Virus record (IMG/VR): IMGVR_UViG_3300032323_003414
Coordinates: 1 to 58,208 of that record
DNA length: 58,208 nt
Source: a virus
Taxonomy: Duplodnaviria; Caudoviricetes
Reading direction: 5' to 3' (one strand)
Shown here one piece after another: positions 31,701 through 38,914 of this stretch. Every line of letters starts with the position of its first letter. The first letter of the stretch is position 1. The notes under the pieces are model-generated. The model did no database searches and was not told where the DNA came from. It saw only the letters and a list, made by a program, of their open reading frames with translations. The position numbers and the translations under genes are program-made.

Positions 31701-34342
31701 CCTATCTTGGAACAAGACCTACAGATATCAACATCGATGGCGGTGCATTTATTGACACCTATTCAAGTCATGCTCCTGAAGAGTTGGTACCAGGAACAAC
31801 GTTTGACACATTGGATTTCCGTGTGTACACTCGTCCAGGAGCAGATTGGGAAGGCAATGGGCATGGGTTTAACATCAAGTCTGTTAATCTTGACTACACC
31901 ACTTCTACCAACACTGTGAGTTTCACTGATGCCATGGCACATGCCGTAGCAGTAAGAGTGGTCAACGTAGACAACAGAGTTTCGTTGACTCCAGAGGTAG
32001 ATTACACAGTGGACTGGCCAACACAGACAGTCACAGTTACCAATGGGGCTAGTGATGGCGATCTTATTGAAATCAATGTTTATGGCATTGGTGGCGGTAG
32101 CCAACTGTACAAAGAAAGCTACCCTGGAGAAGTTGTAGAAAACAACTTGACTATTCCAGTAATAACTGCGGTCAATTGGCAACCTTCTACTACCTATACC
32201 AAAGGTAGCTATGTACGATATCTAAACAATGTGTATCGAACACTTGAGTCAATCTTCAGTGGGTCAACTTTCAACCCAGCATTCTATTTGTTGGTTGACG
32301 CAGGTAGTGTGTTAAATGAATTGTTGGTGGTGGTCAACGGTGAAATTGTGACCAATTATACCTATGCACCATCGGCCAACAAGTACGAAACAGTTATAAC
32401 ATTTGATGATACTTACTCCAGCTCAGACTGGGTAGTAATAACAGTATTGGGACAAACTACACCAGCACAAAGCTGGAGTTATCCATTGACTGAATATTTG
32501 CCATATATTGGCAGCACCTATATTTTATCCAACAGTTTGCAAGGTACCAACGATATCAATCTCATAGTTGAACGAAATGGTCAAAGATTGCGTCCACCTG
32601 AAAGCATTGAGTACATCGGTAATGGCACTTCAGTTGGACCATATTACTTGCCAACCCGTGGTGAAACTCCACAGGGGCTGATTGCAGACAACGATGTAGT
32701 GGTTTATGTCAACCAAATTCGTCAAAATCTCAGTGTTGATTACACTGTGAGTCCTTGGGACGGCAGCAGTGATCGATATGTAGAATTTAACACAGCGCCT
32801 GCAGAAGATGCAACCATTGTAATAGCAGTCACAACTGATGCCAATTACACAGTCAACAATGACGAGCTGACACTTAGGGTTGGTGCTGCCGGTGATGCTG
32901 TGATTGCAGTGACCACATGGAACGATACCAACGAGCAAAATATATTGACTCAAGTGTTCCAAGGGCCCACACAAACAGGCGTCACAGTAGGTCAACCTTA
33001 CGATACCACAGATTTTGACGTTGGCACAGTCACAGGAGCCCCTGGATCTTTTGATTACACTGCAGGAACAGTGGTTCAAACCAATGACTTTGACACTGGC
33101 AGACCTATTGTCAATGCAGAAAGACTGTGGGTAACCTTGAACGGTTGGAGATTGGTTGCAGGCCAAGACTTTACAGTCAGTGGCAGTGTTGTTACCATTG
33201 GAGGTAGCACAATCAGCCCTGGAGATGTGGTAGTAATTACATCATTCACAATGAGCGTGGTTCCTGAGGCTATTTCGTTCCGCATATTCCAAGACATGCT
33301 GGGCAATCAAAAGATATATCGTATTATCAGAGACAATACCACAGTGCTGACACAAGCACTGTCTGAATCAGCCGATGTAATTCATGTTGAGAATGCCAGC
33401 CGTCTTAGCCAACCAAACACCGCAGCCAATATATTTGGTCAGCTTACTATAAACGGCGAAAGAATCACTTATCGCAATAGAGATATTGTGGCCAACACTG
33501 TTTCTGGTCTGAGACGTGGTACAGCTGGTACAGCCATTGACTCGCACAGTGTAGGTAGTGTGGTAACAGACATTGGCCGTGGAGACATGCTGCCAACCCG
33601 TTATCAAAAGACCACACTGACAGCTCCATTCATTGGCGATGATATTACCACTACCTATGTCACAGAACTAACCTATAATAACAATGTAGTGACCACAGAT
33701 GCTGGCACGGTACAAGTTTACATAGGCACCACACTGGGGACTCTATCTGAATTGCCGCAGAGTTCGTACACTGTAACATCCATAGAACCAGTGGCTGTGA
33801 CATTAAATTTTGTTCCAGTGGCTGGATTGATTGTCAGAGTACAGTACATTTCTCCAACCAGCGTGGTTACAAATACTGATATTTCAACCACAGGATCCAG
33901 TGCAACCTTTGAAACACTCACAATAGCCAGCTCAGAAATCATTGACCCTGCTGATTATACAGTGAGCACAGTGAGCCCAGTCACAGTGATATTTGATACT
34001 GCGCCTGCAGCCAAACAGATTATACAAATTGGAGACAGCAACAGTTTGACTTTCTTTGTGGGCAACGGTACTACATCAACTTACGTAACTGATATAGAGC
34101 TTGGAAGAGCAGTACAAGTCAAAGTGGGCGGCACGTTATTGGATCAATCTCAGTATGATGTACTTTCGGTAAATCCAGTAACAGTTGAATTGGCAACAGC
34201 ACCCGCTGCCACACTGGAAATTGACATCTTTATTCAGCAGGCGTTGGTAATGTATGCTCAAGGCGATGGTACACCAAGCAATGGTCGCCCATTGCAGGAA
34301 CAGCCCACACTAGCCGCCTGGTTTATTGAAGGTCGGGTTTAA
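19727..34342 (+). CDS. Giant 4871-aa baseplate/adsorption protein (gp7-like position) with FG-GAP-like, CBM-like and Ig-like repeats
   Basis: Follows gp6; N-terminal FLPEIFRT..N..FL; VKPYHVKI motif; repeated beta-rich modules. Confidence 0.65.
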   Translation: MAQTRIRTVDFLPEIFRTPTNRQFLSATLDQLVQDPKLKPTQGFIGRRVGPGVNPKESYVLEPTKTRTDYQLEPGVVFLKPNTNTVETAVTYPGLVDSIKVKGGTTTRQDRLWESEYYSWDPFVDLDKFINFSQYYWLPAGPDSVDVFADPVPLTDDFTVTRNSNNYTFSGVPGTNPTITLVRQGSYDFNVQQNGHRFWIQAVPGTSGVLPQTPNQSSREVLGVTNNGEDNGTITFNVPAKSAQNFYYQLEDAGTVDFATSIQFDDINNIYVSEFIERYGGIDGVKDLNGRTVIFLSNAGWFFTGLYDSAGQPYDSVPFDETVEISLDSQRYSVWRINYVFDDSLNPYIRLTVDRPVNNLSRLLTLYGNQYANISFYKNSSGLFEQIPLITANLDILYYQDADNPELFGIIKLVDQSGDQDIDIDEIVGQKNYTSPNGVTFSNGLKIQFQGPTTPPSYEQKEYYVEGVGTAIELVPVTSLITPETYTRSSTVPYDSTPYDATPFDDTLNAPVDQDYITINRASKDLNAWTRSNRWFHVDIINATAQYNNTVPFLDNNARAKRPVLEFVPGLKLFDFGTQGIEPINIIDFRETDAMSNINGSIGYSVDGYAFATGSRVIFAADRDPEVRNKIYQVTFIEPSGGGTPIIDLQPANLNKPDEPFDVVAVCLSGVTLQGQSFWFNNETWIPAQQKSGVNQPPLFDVYDAAGYSFSDGLIYPSTSFRGTKLFSYAPGEGVTDKIIGQPLKYLTINNVGDIVFDTNLYMDTFVYVEDTISVEKPIGEGFVRQYADRTNFRKLIGWETAESTVMSRQSFSFTYNNEPLIIDIPVSQDSATVPVKVYVNAVFLTTDNYTYEITSNSTIITFINPPPVDASIEVTVVSDVASPTGFYTVPLNLENNPLNDQVTTLTLGTIRNYYNGICQNISAFTGEINGINNTRDLGNLIPYGDQIIQNSAPVLMTAVFTNNTEYDFFQSLEFTSYQYQKFKNVLVDTVIKNDFQNMTVAEILDACVTQINFGKTELSPFYWSDMLPSGETYQETVYTVTPITTDTFDTLYSYDLDSANYQAILIYLNNELLINGVEYEVAVDGPRVTILVPLAVGDVVSIREYENTFGNYVPTTPTKMGMYPSFIPEKFVDTTYITPTEVIRGHDGSITVAYQDIRDDILLEFEKRIYDNLKVDQLDIPLTYADVAPGQFRTTDYTQQEITTIMGTSFLAWVGANNLPYKDQEYNAANQFTWNYSASLNKLNNETLLGAWRGIYNYFYDTDAPNTRPWEMLGFSKRPTWWEQEYGPAPYTSGNLVLWEDLEAGRVMDPAAPYIIPKYRRPGLTAVIPSDSEGNLLPPYAVMVGEYDPGSFRKSWTVGDDGPVENAWRTSSAWPFAVQRLLALTKPAKYFSYYIDRDAYRFNEELGQWVYFDRTRTLDAGTIQVYGTGISKNSYLNWVVDYNKVIGKETTTALSNILDNLDVRLCYRMAAFSDKQYIKLFTEKSSPNSLNTSLLLPDESYQLLLYKNPTIASLTWSSVIIQKSDLGYTVYGYSTTKPYFEIRASIPNGNYRTITVADTVVRVPDDYSDTVVQVPYGYEFVGVNSVVDFLLSYGAFMDAQGMTFEDQERGRILNWSQMAQEFVYWSKQGWAVGSLININPVANVLQIVKPGLIAEPLSTTAPEDILLNQNKQPLQGLDYVVDRYENAFQLTAVNNNTFSYLNAKFTAYENLIVLDNTSIFNDLIYNPTTGARQSRLLFTGYTTYEWNGSLDAQGFILNQDNIQDWIPNKSYTKGQIVKYKDAYWSAVKIIPPQEKFDFQFWLKSDYAEIQKGLLPNAATKAQFIRGFYDTNQVNQERDADLLAFGLIGFRPRRYMQNLNLDDISQVNLYQQFLGIKGTTQATDIFTKANLGKEVAEYEIFENWAIQRAIYGANANRSYYELRLNQALLQGNPSTIQVIEPQQYSIADQTVQVNHLWKESYPITSPDILPTSFLNATDVQLPTAGYVNWDDADIKLFDFAELTALINDIENIQVGTSVWVAKDNSYDWNIYRNNLVLYNIVQVRDNLNGTCTLRFANQHGLTKDQHIVVKYFGQGVDGTYQVLSVPSLDTITVALTLGGAVTQLTGIGVCFVLESMRVRQAADVSNLVYANSLLPGNRAWVDDDGTGHWVVYEKINPFTPALALSPLEPVINSRYGSAITQGFGGFGALVGAPGLNNEVGGVYGFTKGGSLDYVETLLLQPGANNFENFGSAVTSGGNQWGAVGAANSWAKQGYAVTVNRNINSGDYLQSQLLTEIPYRIDQITSTGASTYSVTGVTLTDTSKVSVVVNDVVLPQGTAWIISGSNIVFQSGYIPTAGKTINVFNYDEYSYSINVSNDERWLYIGAPAGNRVYAYNRVDVQSQVKNFVGDGTRTDFFVADVIIVDDDSSSGGIGSTQIGVTVNNIPKTAGVDFDYVNGTVIFDTAPNTDDKVRVIRLLSKTYFPAEITAGNFIPGKQYQIATSGSTNFTLIGASSNAVGTVFTATGAGTGTGTAAIMNFDIDMIYPVTDIYSFSVYVNSVLQRPNMDYSFNSTTKTITFVNTAPLGTVLINCATHFKYVDYIDSAVVGTLTAGARFGHSLTSTTDGRQFTAGAPNATADNKLLAGQVFQVDRSVERFTVTNTAQTQYSTLRNFNGPATVKVNATFLIPDAYNNNGQFTEVDANTVNITASLNIGDIIEIETNTFKLMQAVSSNAPQAGAVFGTAIDQCPNNCSLYIGQPNDSAVVPEAGSVERFVNQSRLYGIITGTSQSPTLTPGDTIRINQVDVAVPTPSTWSSGVTWSAGSYVIYSSAIYKALRAVPVSVSISDTTYWIQSSWLELYASTINAAAEPNNIGLIEVPNAQATVSNGYLTISVLNSNAATPFTQLTVLPGLGDAFYDIGFDTQYYTQTIQAPGQLAYAHFGASVDVSDDALTLIVGSPQGTAFTPTTFDNGTTYFDSRSTEYFDPLNESGVAYTYDFLAAANESIYNPGKFVFGQQIYDDTLASLDEFGTAVSYSNGIMLVGAPQDDLNDSSGDYGRVAKLNNADRSPAWKPVYIQTPIVDVNLINSVFMYDRLESKVTQYLDFIDPLQGKILGAAKQNIDYLGAVDPAAYNTGDINNYGDTWVENHLGEIWWDLSTVRFIDYHQGDIDYASRRWGQLFPGSTVDVYQWIESPTPPATYQGPGTVYSTTSYTVSSKLDALGMFTARYYFWVKGIPEVASRLKKTLSVQAIAQYIENPRSSGISYVAFINPSTTAIYNARNYISAQDTILHIEFDKIANNDNVHVEYDLISAGNPDSFLEANLYRKMLDSFCGEDTLGNKVPDTTLSPADLYGVQFRPRQSFFVDRFLALQNYLERANAIMAQYPLSDSRSFALLNSSEPEPTSASGEWNKRVLTYQELTFQDLSEVPVGYKYLVASDSTNNGLWTIYSVTLGNALLGAPKELLLTRVQNYDTKLYWEYIDWIQPGYNAGIKPVAEVATYNELLRLTIPNGSSAKVTRNSFGKFEIYQYLDGQWIRVVLEDGTVRIKETIWDYAAGKFGFDVETFDSQYFDQFPGAETRQIIKAINEQLLIDELAIFRNSLLLLVFEFILTEQIAPDWLFKTSLIDVNHKIRDLLPYQIFRQDNQDFVLDYIREVKPYHVKIKEFNLRYEGIDTYDGNVTDFDCPAYYDTDLQEFLAPALDDTVPPKYSNSVPSSSPIWYQTPWNQWYQNYTLQLQGADVIEPGIGYTVPPEITVGVEWQPSTAVTNGEQLFYQNYLYTVLDSGTTGTVAPTFTSGTATNGTATLGFAGTRAKAVARVNTAGQLVEVIVVVPGSGYIVTPTMTVSGGNGTGARAVPVLGNELARHILTVIKYDRYNYVSQVVDWQTNTNYTQGQLIRFQNNVYSANQALNSGTIFDPTEYTIVDESTLDAADRVIGLYTPTPNEPGRELAQVITGIDYPGVQVMGPNFNQNTGYDVGNFDINPYDNIDFGPEGRPTYSESILDAVYESAFTDTYLGTRPTDINIDGGAFIDTYSSHAPEELVPGTTFDTLDFRVYTRPGADWEGNGHGFNIKSVNLDYTTSTNTVSFTDAMAHAVAVRVVNVDNRVSLTPEVDYTVDWPTQTVTVTNGASDGDLIEINVYGIGGGSQLYKESYPGEVVENNLTIPVITAVNWQPSTTYTKGSYVRYLNNVYRTLESIFSGSTFNPAFYLLVDAGSVLNELLVVVNGEIVTNYTYAPSANKYETVITFDDTYSSSDWVVITVLGQTTPAQSWSYPLTEYLPYIGSTYILSNSLQGTNDINLIVERNGQRLRPPESIEYIGNGTSVGPYYLPTRGETPQGLIADNDVVVYVNQIRQNLSVDYTVSPWDGSSDRYVEFNTAPAEDATIVIAVTTDANYTVNNDELTLRVGAAGDAVIAVTTWNDTNEQNILTQVFQGPTQTGVTVGQPYDTTDFDVGTVTGAPGSFDYTAGTVVQTNDFDTGRPIVNAERLWVTLNGWRLVAGQDFTVSGSVVTIGGSTISPGDVVVITSFTMSVVPEAISFRIFQDMLGNQKIYRIIRDNTTVLTQALSESADVIHVENASRLSQPNTAANIFGQLTINGERITYRNRDIVANTVSGLRRGTAGTAIDSHSVGSVVTDIGRGDMLPTRYQKTTLTAPFIGDDITTTYVTELTYNNNVVTTDAGTVQVYIGTTLGTLSELPQSSYTVTSIEPVAVTLNFVPVAGLIVRVQYISPTSVVTNTDISTTGSSATFETLTIASSEIIDPADYTVSTVSPVTVIFDTAPAAKQIIQIGDSNSLTFFVGNGTTSTYVTDIELGRAVQVKVGGTLLDQSQYDVLSVNPVTVELATAPAATLEIDIFIQQALVMYAQGDGTPSNGRPLQEQPTLAAWFIEGRV

Positions 34343-34362
34343 TTTTTAAGGTAAATAATTTC

Positions 34363-34518
34363 ATGCAAGAAAACACTGATAAAATACAATCTCAGCAAGA
34401 ATCTCAAAAATCCAAACCTACGACCAAGCCCAACGAACGTGCTGGTGTTGCAGTCATGGGACATGTCAGAATATTTGATCCTAATTCTCAAGAAGTAATA
34501 TTGGAGACACGAGCATGA
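34363..34518 (+). CDS. 51-aa small protein (not in the ORF track)
   Basis: MQENTDKIQSQQESQKSKPTTKPNERAGVAVMGHVRIFDPNSQEVILETRA; TAAATA at 34352 upstream; ATGA overlap with the next gene. Confidence 0.7.
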   Translation: MQENTDKIQSQQESQKSKPTTKPNERAGVAVMGHVRIFDPNSQEVILETRA

Positions 34519-35117
34519 TGCAAGTACCTGTAAAAATTGAGGGATTTGTCAAGATATTTGACCCAATTACCAAAGAGATATTTGTAGATAAAAAGAACGC
34601 TATTCATTATGAAAATATTTCCATAAGCATGGCCAACACTTTGGCCAATAAGAACATAGGTCAAATTTATGTTATGGCATTTGGCAACGGCGGTAGCTCA
34701 GTTGATCCCACTGGTGTGATCACATATTTGCCACCCAATACTGTAGGGCAAAATGCCGATCTTTATAATCCTACCTACGCCAAGGTAGTTGACAACAACT
34801 CATCATTGAACACAGATCCTAGTCGTAACAATCTCACTGTGTTGCATACCACAGGAACTGTGTACACAGACATTTTGGTCACTTGTTTGCTGGATTACGG
34901 CGAACCTGCTGGACAACAAGCATTTGACAACTCTACCAATTTCAATGGTGAGTATGTATTTGACGAGCTAGGGTTAAAAACCTGGAACGGAAGCCCTGAT
35001 GATTTACGCTTGATCACCCATGTGATTTTTCACCCAGTGCAAAAGAGCTTAAATCGCCAGATTCAAATTGATTACACTGTGCGGATACAAACACTTACTA
35101 ATTTGAGTGCCGCATAA
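34515..35117 (+). CDS. Virion structural protein (baseplate/fibre attachment-like)
   Basis: Context in the tail module; MAFGNGG, FDELGL, IDYTVRI beta-rich pattern. Confidence 0.5.
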   Translation: MMQVPVKIEGFVKIFDPITKEIFVDKKNAIHYENISISMANTLANKNIGQIYVMAFGNGGSSVDPTGVITYLPPNTVGQNADLYNPTYAKVVDNNSSLNTDPSRNNLTVLHTTGTVYTDILVTCLLDYGEPAGQQAFDNSTNFNGEYVFDELGLKTWNGSPDDLRLITHVIFHPVQKSLNRQIQIDYTVRIQTLTNLSAA

Positions 35118-35167
35118 ATATGTGTAGATTACGATATGATAAATATCTCTAAAGCGGAGTAGAACAG

Positions 35168-36595
35168 ATGGCATATACAATTAACCTTACTGATGGTACC
35201 ATTTTTGCTGTTATAGCAGACGGTACTATTAACACCGATTCTAGCATGACCCTTGTGGGCAAAAACTATGCTGGCTACGGTGAATTCTTGGATGAAAACT
35301 TCATTCACTTATTGGAAAACAGTGCTAATACCACTGCACCAGGGGACCCATTGGTTGGTCAACTTTGGTGGGATAAAACCAATGGTGTAATGAAAGTCTA
35401 TAACGGTACTACATTTAAAGTAGTATCAGCGGCCACAGCCAGTTCTTCAACTCCATCCAGCAACGTTATTGGCGACCTTTGGTTTGATACTACAAACGCT
35501 CAGTTGAAAGTATTCAATGGGTCGGGCTTTATTTTAGTTGGACCTGCATTTACAGCAGGTACTGGTACTTCAGGCGCCATTGTTGACACAGTTACAGACA
35601 ATTCACCAGGATCAGATCACGTTGTTGTAAAAATATTTGTCAACAACACTATTGTTGCTATATTTTCCAAAGATGCTACCTTTACTCCAGCGGCCGCACT
35701 AAGCGGATTTGCAACTATCTCACCAGGTTTGAACATGAGCACACTGTATCCAGACATGCTGGGTACTGCATCAAACGCTGACAGACTTGACACATTGAAC
35801 AGCACTCAGTTCATGCGTTCAGATGCAAACACATCAACATCTGGTACATTGAGCGTTCTCAATGACACAGGTCTTTATGTTGGTGGCGACAGCGACGGAC
35901 GTTTGTTTGTTACAGGCACAGATGTATATCTGCGCAACCAAACATCAGATGGCGATATAATATTCCAAGTCAATGACGGCGGATCAACAACTACTTGCAT
36001 GACCATTGACGGAGCAACATCCAACGTTAATATCAATACCAATTTGGTAGTGTCAGGCTTGATTGCTGCCACAGGAAACTCAGTAAATTTTGGTACAGCC
36101 GCAGTTTCAGTTGGTAGTCTTGTTAACAACAACGCCAACGGAGTTGGTAACATTGGTAGCTCAAGCAAGTTTTTCAATACTATATTTGCCAAAGCAACAT
36201 CAGCAGAATACGCTGACTTGGCTGAAAGATTTGCGGCAGATGCTGTATATCCAGCAGGAACAGTGGTCATGCTTGGTGGCGAAAAAGAAATTACCATAGC
36301 CACAGATGAGTTATCAGACGATGTATTTGGAGTTATCAGTACACGAGCAGCCTACACAATGAACGGGGCCGCCGGTGACGATGACACTCATCCACCTATT
36401 GCGATGACAGGTCGTGTTCCAGTGTTAGTAACAGGCACTGTACGTAAGGGCGATCGACTAGTGGCAGCAGGCATGGGCCTGGCCAGAGCCGCAAAGAAAG
36501 ATGAAATCACTGCATTGAATGTGATTGGTCGTGCGCTTGAGAATAAAACATCAACTGGCGAAGGCACAGTTGAAGCAGTTGTAACGATCAACTAA
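35168..36595 (+). CDS. Tail fibre protein with a probable intramolecular chaperone/autocleavage C-terminal domain
   Basis: GQLWWDK/GDLWFDT repeats, NADRLD, YADLAE...GTVV...GVIS...GRVPV...KGDRLV. Confidence 0.7.
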   Translation: MAYTINLTDGTIFAVIADGTINTDSSMTLVGKNYAGYGEFLDENFIHLLENSANTTAPGDPLVGQLWWDKTNGVMKVYNGTTFKVVSAATASSSTPSSNVIGDLWFDTTNAQLKVFNGSGFILVGPAFTAGTGTSGAIVDTVTDNSPGSDHVVVKIFVNNTIVAIFSKDATFTPAAALSGFATISPGLNMSTLYPDMLGTASNADRLDTLNSTQFMRSDANTSTSGTLSVLNDTGLYVGGDSDGRLFVTGTDVYLRNQTSDGDIIFQVNDGGSTTTCMTIDGATSNVNINTNLVVSGLIAATGNSVNFGTAAVSVGSLVNNNANGVGNIGSSSKFFNTIFAKATSAEYADLAERFAADAVYPAGTVVMLGGEKEITIATDELSDDVFGVISTRAAYTMNGAAGDDDTHPPIAMTGRVPVLVTGTVRKGDRLVAAGMGLARAAKKDEITALNVIGRALENKTSTGEGTVEAVVTIN

Positions 36596-36735
36596 GAAAG
36601 GATTTGATTTATAGACCCAGCTATAATGTTTTAACAACGACGCTTGTGGTGAACAACCACTTTACTATTGTAAGCAATAGAACGCCGTTAATTATAGCGT
36701 TGATATAATTCAACTAATACAAAGGGAACAACAGA

Positions 36736-37713
36736 ATGGCATATTCACTTGGATCAGTAATACTAGCCGACGATTATAATATTTTCGCGCAAGGCGGGGC
36801 GGCTAGCCCAGACAATAACGTAGCCAATATCAACTCGGTATGGGGGATAGGTAACGGCGACAGGGGATATGGTCAAACAGTTCTACCTATAGTTCCTACA
36901 GTTTCAGCCGGTGCAAACGTGGTTACAGCCACTCAATGGACTACACTGTTAAACCGTATTTCTAGTGCAGCCACACATCAAAGTTCTAGTATTACACCAA
37001 TTACCAGCCCTACAGTTGGCAATACTATTTCAGCTTTTGCGGCTCTGTCTACAAATATCACCACAATCTACAACAACAGATTGAATTGTGTTTCTTCAGG
37101 AACTTCTATTACGTCTGGTGGTAGTGTCGATCGTACTACCGGCTGGGGAACCAGCGTTACATTTACACAAACCATCACATTTGCATCTGGTGACGCCGCA
37201 CGTTATTTCTTCAACGCAGGTGGTAGAGTTACATTGAGCTACAGCCGTTCAGGCGGATCTGTAAATTCACAAAACACTGCAATTACAGATTTGTGTACAG
37301 CAGTTGGCACAATCACTATCACAGGTGGGTCAGGTACTGCTACAATCGCTGGTGGTACATTCACTGGTACTAACAAAACTGGCGGATCAGGATCTCCAAC
37401 TATTGCATCTACTACAGGTTATTACGACCTTACCACGTCTAACGTACAAGTGTTTACACAGAGTGCAAGTTCCTACTATGGTTACGAAGGTAACTCATTG
37501 ACCATTAACGTAAGATCCAATGGAGCACAAGGCTCAAATGCTGACACAGGTTCTGTGATTACAGTTGCAACTACTATTTCTAAACCGGGTGGATTGACCA
37601 CTGTTGATGGCACGCTAAATGCCACAATGACCTTGTTACCTAGCGAAACAACCAATCTAACAACAACCAGCTGGGGAACACCAACTATGTCTGGTAGCCA
37701 AACTGGATCATAA
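36736..37713 (+). CDS. Ser/Thr/Gly-rich virion structural protein
   Basis: Composition, ARYFFNAGG motif, last gene before the terminator; AAAGGGA RBS-like site. Confidence 0.55.
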   Translation: MAYSLGSVILADDYNIFAQGGAASPDNNVANINSVWGIGNGDRGYGQTVLPIVPTVSAGANVVTATQWTTLLNRISSAATHQSSSITPITSPTVGNTISAFAALSTNITTIYNNRLNCVSSGTSITSGGSVDRTTGWGTSVTFTQTITFASGDAARYFFNAGGRVTLSYSRSGGSVNSQNTAITDLCTAVGTITITGGSGTATIAGGTFTGTNKTGGSGSPTIASTTGYYDLTTSNVQVFTQSASSYYGYEGNSLTINVRSNGAQGSNADTGSVITVATTISKPGGLTTVDGTLNATMTLLPSETTNLTTTSWGTPTMSGSQTGS

Positions 37714-37733
37714 TAGGTAATATTGACAAAGAA

Positions 37734-37759
37734 AAAGGACCTTCGGGTCCTTTACTTTT
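37734..37759 (+). terminator. Rho-independent terminator (possibly bidirectional)
   Basis: AAAGGACC-TTCG-GGTCCTTT stem with cUUCGg loop, T-rich tail and upstream A-run. Confidence 0.85.
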
Positions 37760-37779
37760 GGTACATACTTTGTTATAAT
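37751..37779 (+). promoter_or_regulatory. Sigma70-type promoter of the modification cluster
   Basis: TTTACT-17 nt-TATAAT with extended -10 TG; ends 5 nt before ATG 37785. Confidence 0.6.
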
Positions 37780-37784
37780 GGAGT

Positions 37785-38096
37785 ATGACCATGGACCCAA
37801 ATCAACTAACACAAGAGATCAAAAATCGTTTTGATCATGCTACCCAAAAAAAACTTCTACGAGAAAAATATCAAAGCAAGCTGACCTTTGCCGCACAGGG
37901 CGGTATGTGGCGAGCAGGACCAGAACTACTTGCTCTATTAAAATCTCAGCCCAAAGAAGAAATTGTCATTGAGGATCTTTACGGCACACCCGTCAAAGTA
38001 AATGCCCTGGCTCTTGAGAATCTAGCCCACAGTTATTGGCAAGAACAAATGAACGCCTGGCTAATTGAACATACAGAACTGTCAAGACAACGATGA
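37785..38096 (+). CDS. Hypothetical protein
   Basis: 103-aa ORF with ATGA overlap to the next gene. Confidence 0.7.
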   Translation: MTMDPNQLTQEIKNRFDHATQKKLLREKYQSKLTFAAQGGMWRAGPELLALLKSQPKEEIVIEDLYGTPVKVNALALENLAHSYWQEQMNAWLIEHTELSRQR

Positions 38097-38914
38097 GTCG
38101 CGGCGCTGTTCTCTTTGCTTTTAACAACGATAGAGTCGACTATATTAGCCAGGCGCAATGGTCAGCTCCTCGTATAAATCGACACCTTGGCATACCTGTG
38201 ACACTGGTCACAGACACAGCACCTGAAGACACATCAATGTTTGATCAAGTAATCATACGTGAAAGTCGCAGTGGAGGCACTAGAAAATTTGATCATATGA
38301 ATGCAGATTCCTCGGCAACATGGTTCAATCGTGGACGTTGCCGTGCATACGATGTCACACCCTATGATGAAACTTTGGTACTGGACACAGATTATATTGT
38401 GTCCAGCGATAGATTAAAAGTGTTGTTTGACAGCAATCAAGATCTGCTGTGTCATAGGTATGTGCTAGATGTCACTGATCGACGAAACTTTGCTCACGAC
38501 ACACGATTTGGTGAAGTAGAAATGCCCATGTGGTGGGCTACTGTTTTGTTTTTTCGTCGAAGCCGCCTGGCAGAGAGTGTATTTGACATGATGGCCATGA
38601 TTGAAGATAACTGGTATCACTACAGTCGTCTTTATAAATTCAATGAAGAGCCATATCGCAATGATTATGCAATCAGCATAGCCTTGCATACAGTGTATGG
38701 GCATGTGTTGGATGCAGTACCTGACATTCCATGGCCGTTGTTTACCAGCTTTTATGATGTGTACTTAAATCAACTGGCCGATGATTCGTTTCAGTTAAAC
38801 TATGTTCGCATGGTAGACAATCAAGCCCGACATCAGCGCATGATCTTAAAAAATTGTGACTTGCATGTCATGAACAAACCTGACTTGGGAAAAATCTGTG
38901 GCAGTAGAATTTGA
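38093..38914 (+). CDS. GT-A fold glycosyltransferase-like protein
   Basis: GAVLFAFN, TPYDETLVLDTD (DxD), RND.A, HVMNK. Confidence 0.6.
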   Translation: MSRGAVLFAFNNDRVDYISQAQWSAPRINRHLGIPVTLVTDTAPEDTSMFDQVIIRESRSGGTRKFDHMNADSSATWFNRGRCRAYDVTPYDETLVLDTDYIVSSDRLKVLFDSNQDLLCHRYVLDVTDRRNFAHDTRFGEVEMPMWWATVLFFRRSRLAESVFDMMAMIEDNWYHYSRLYKFNEEPYRNDYAISIALHTVYGHVLDAVPDIPWPLFTSFYDVYLNQLADDSFQLNYVRMVDNQARHQRMILKNCDLHVMNKPDLGKICGSRI

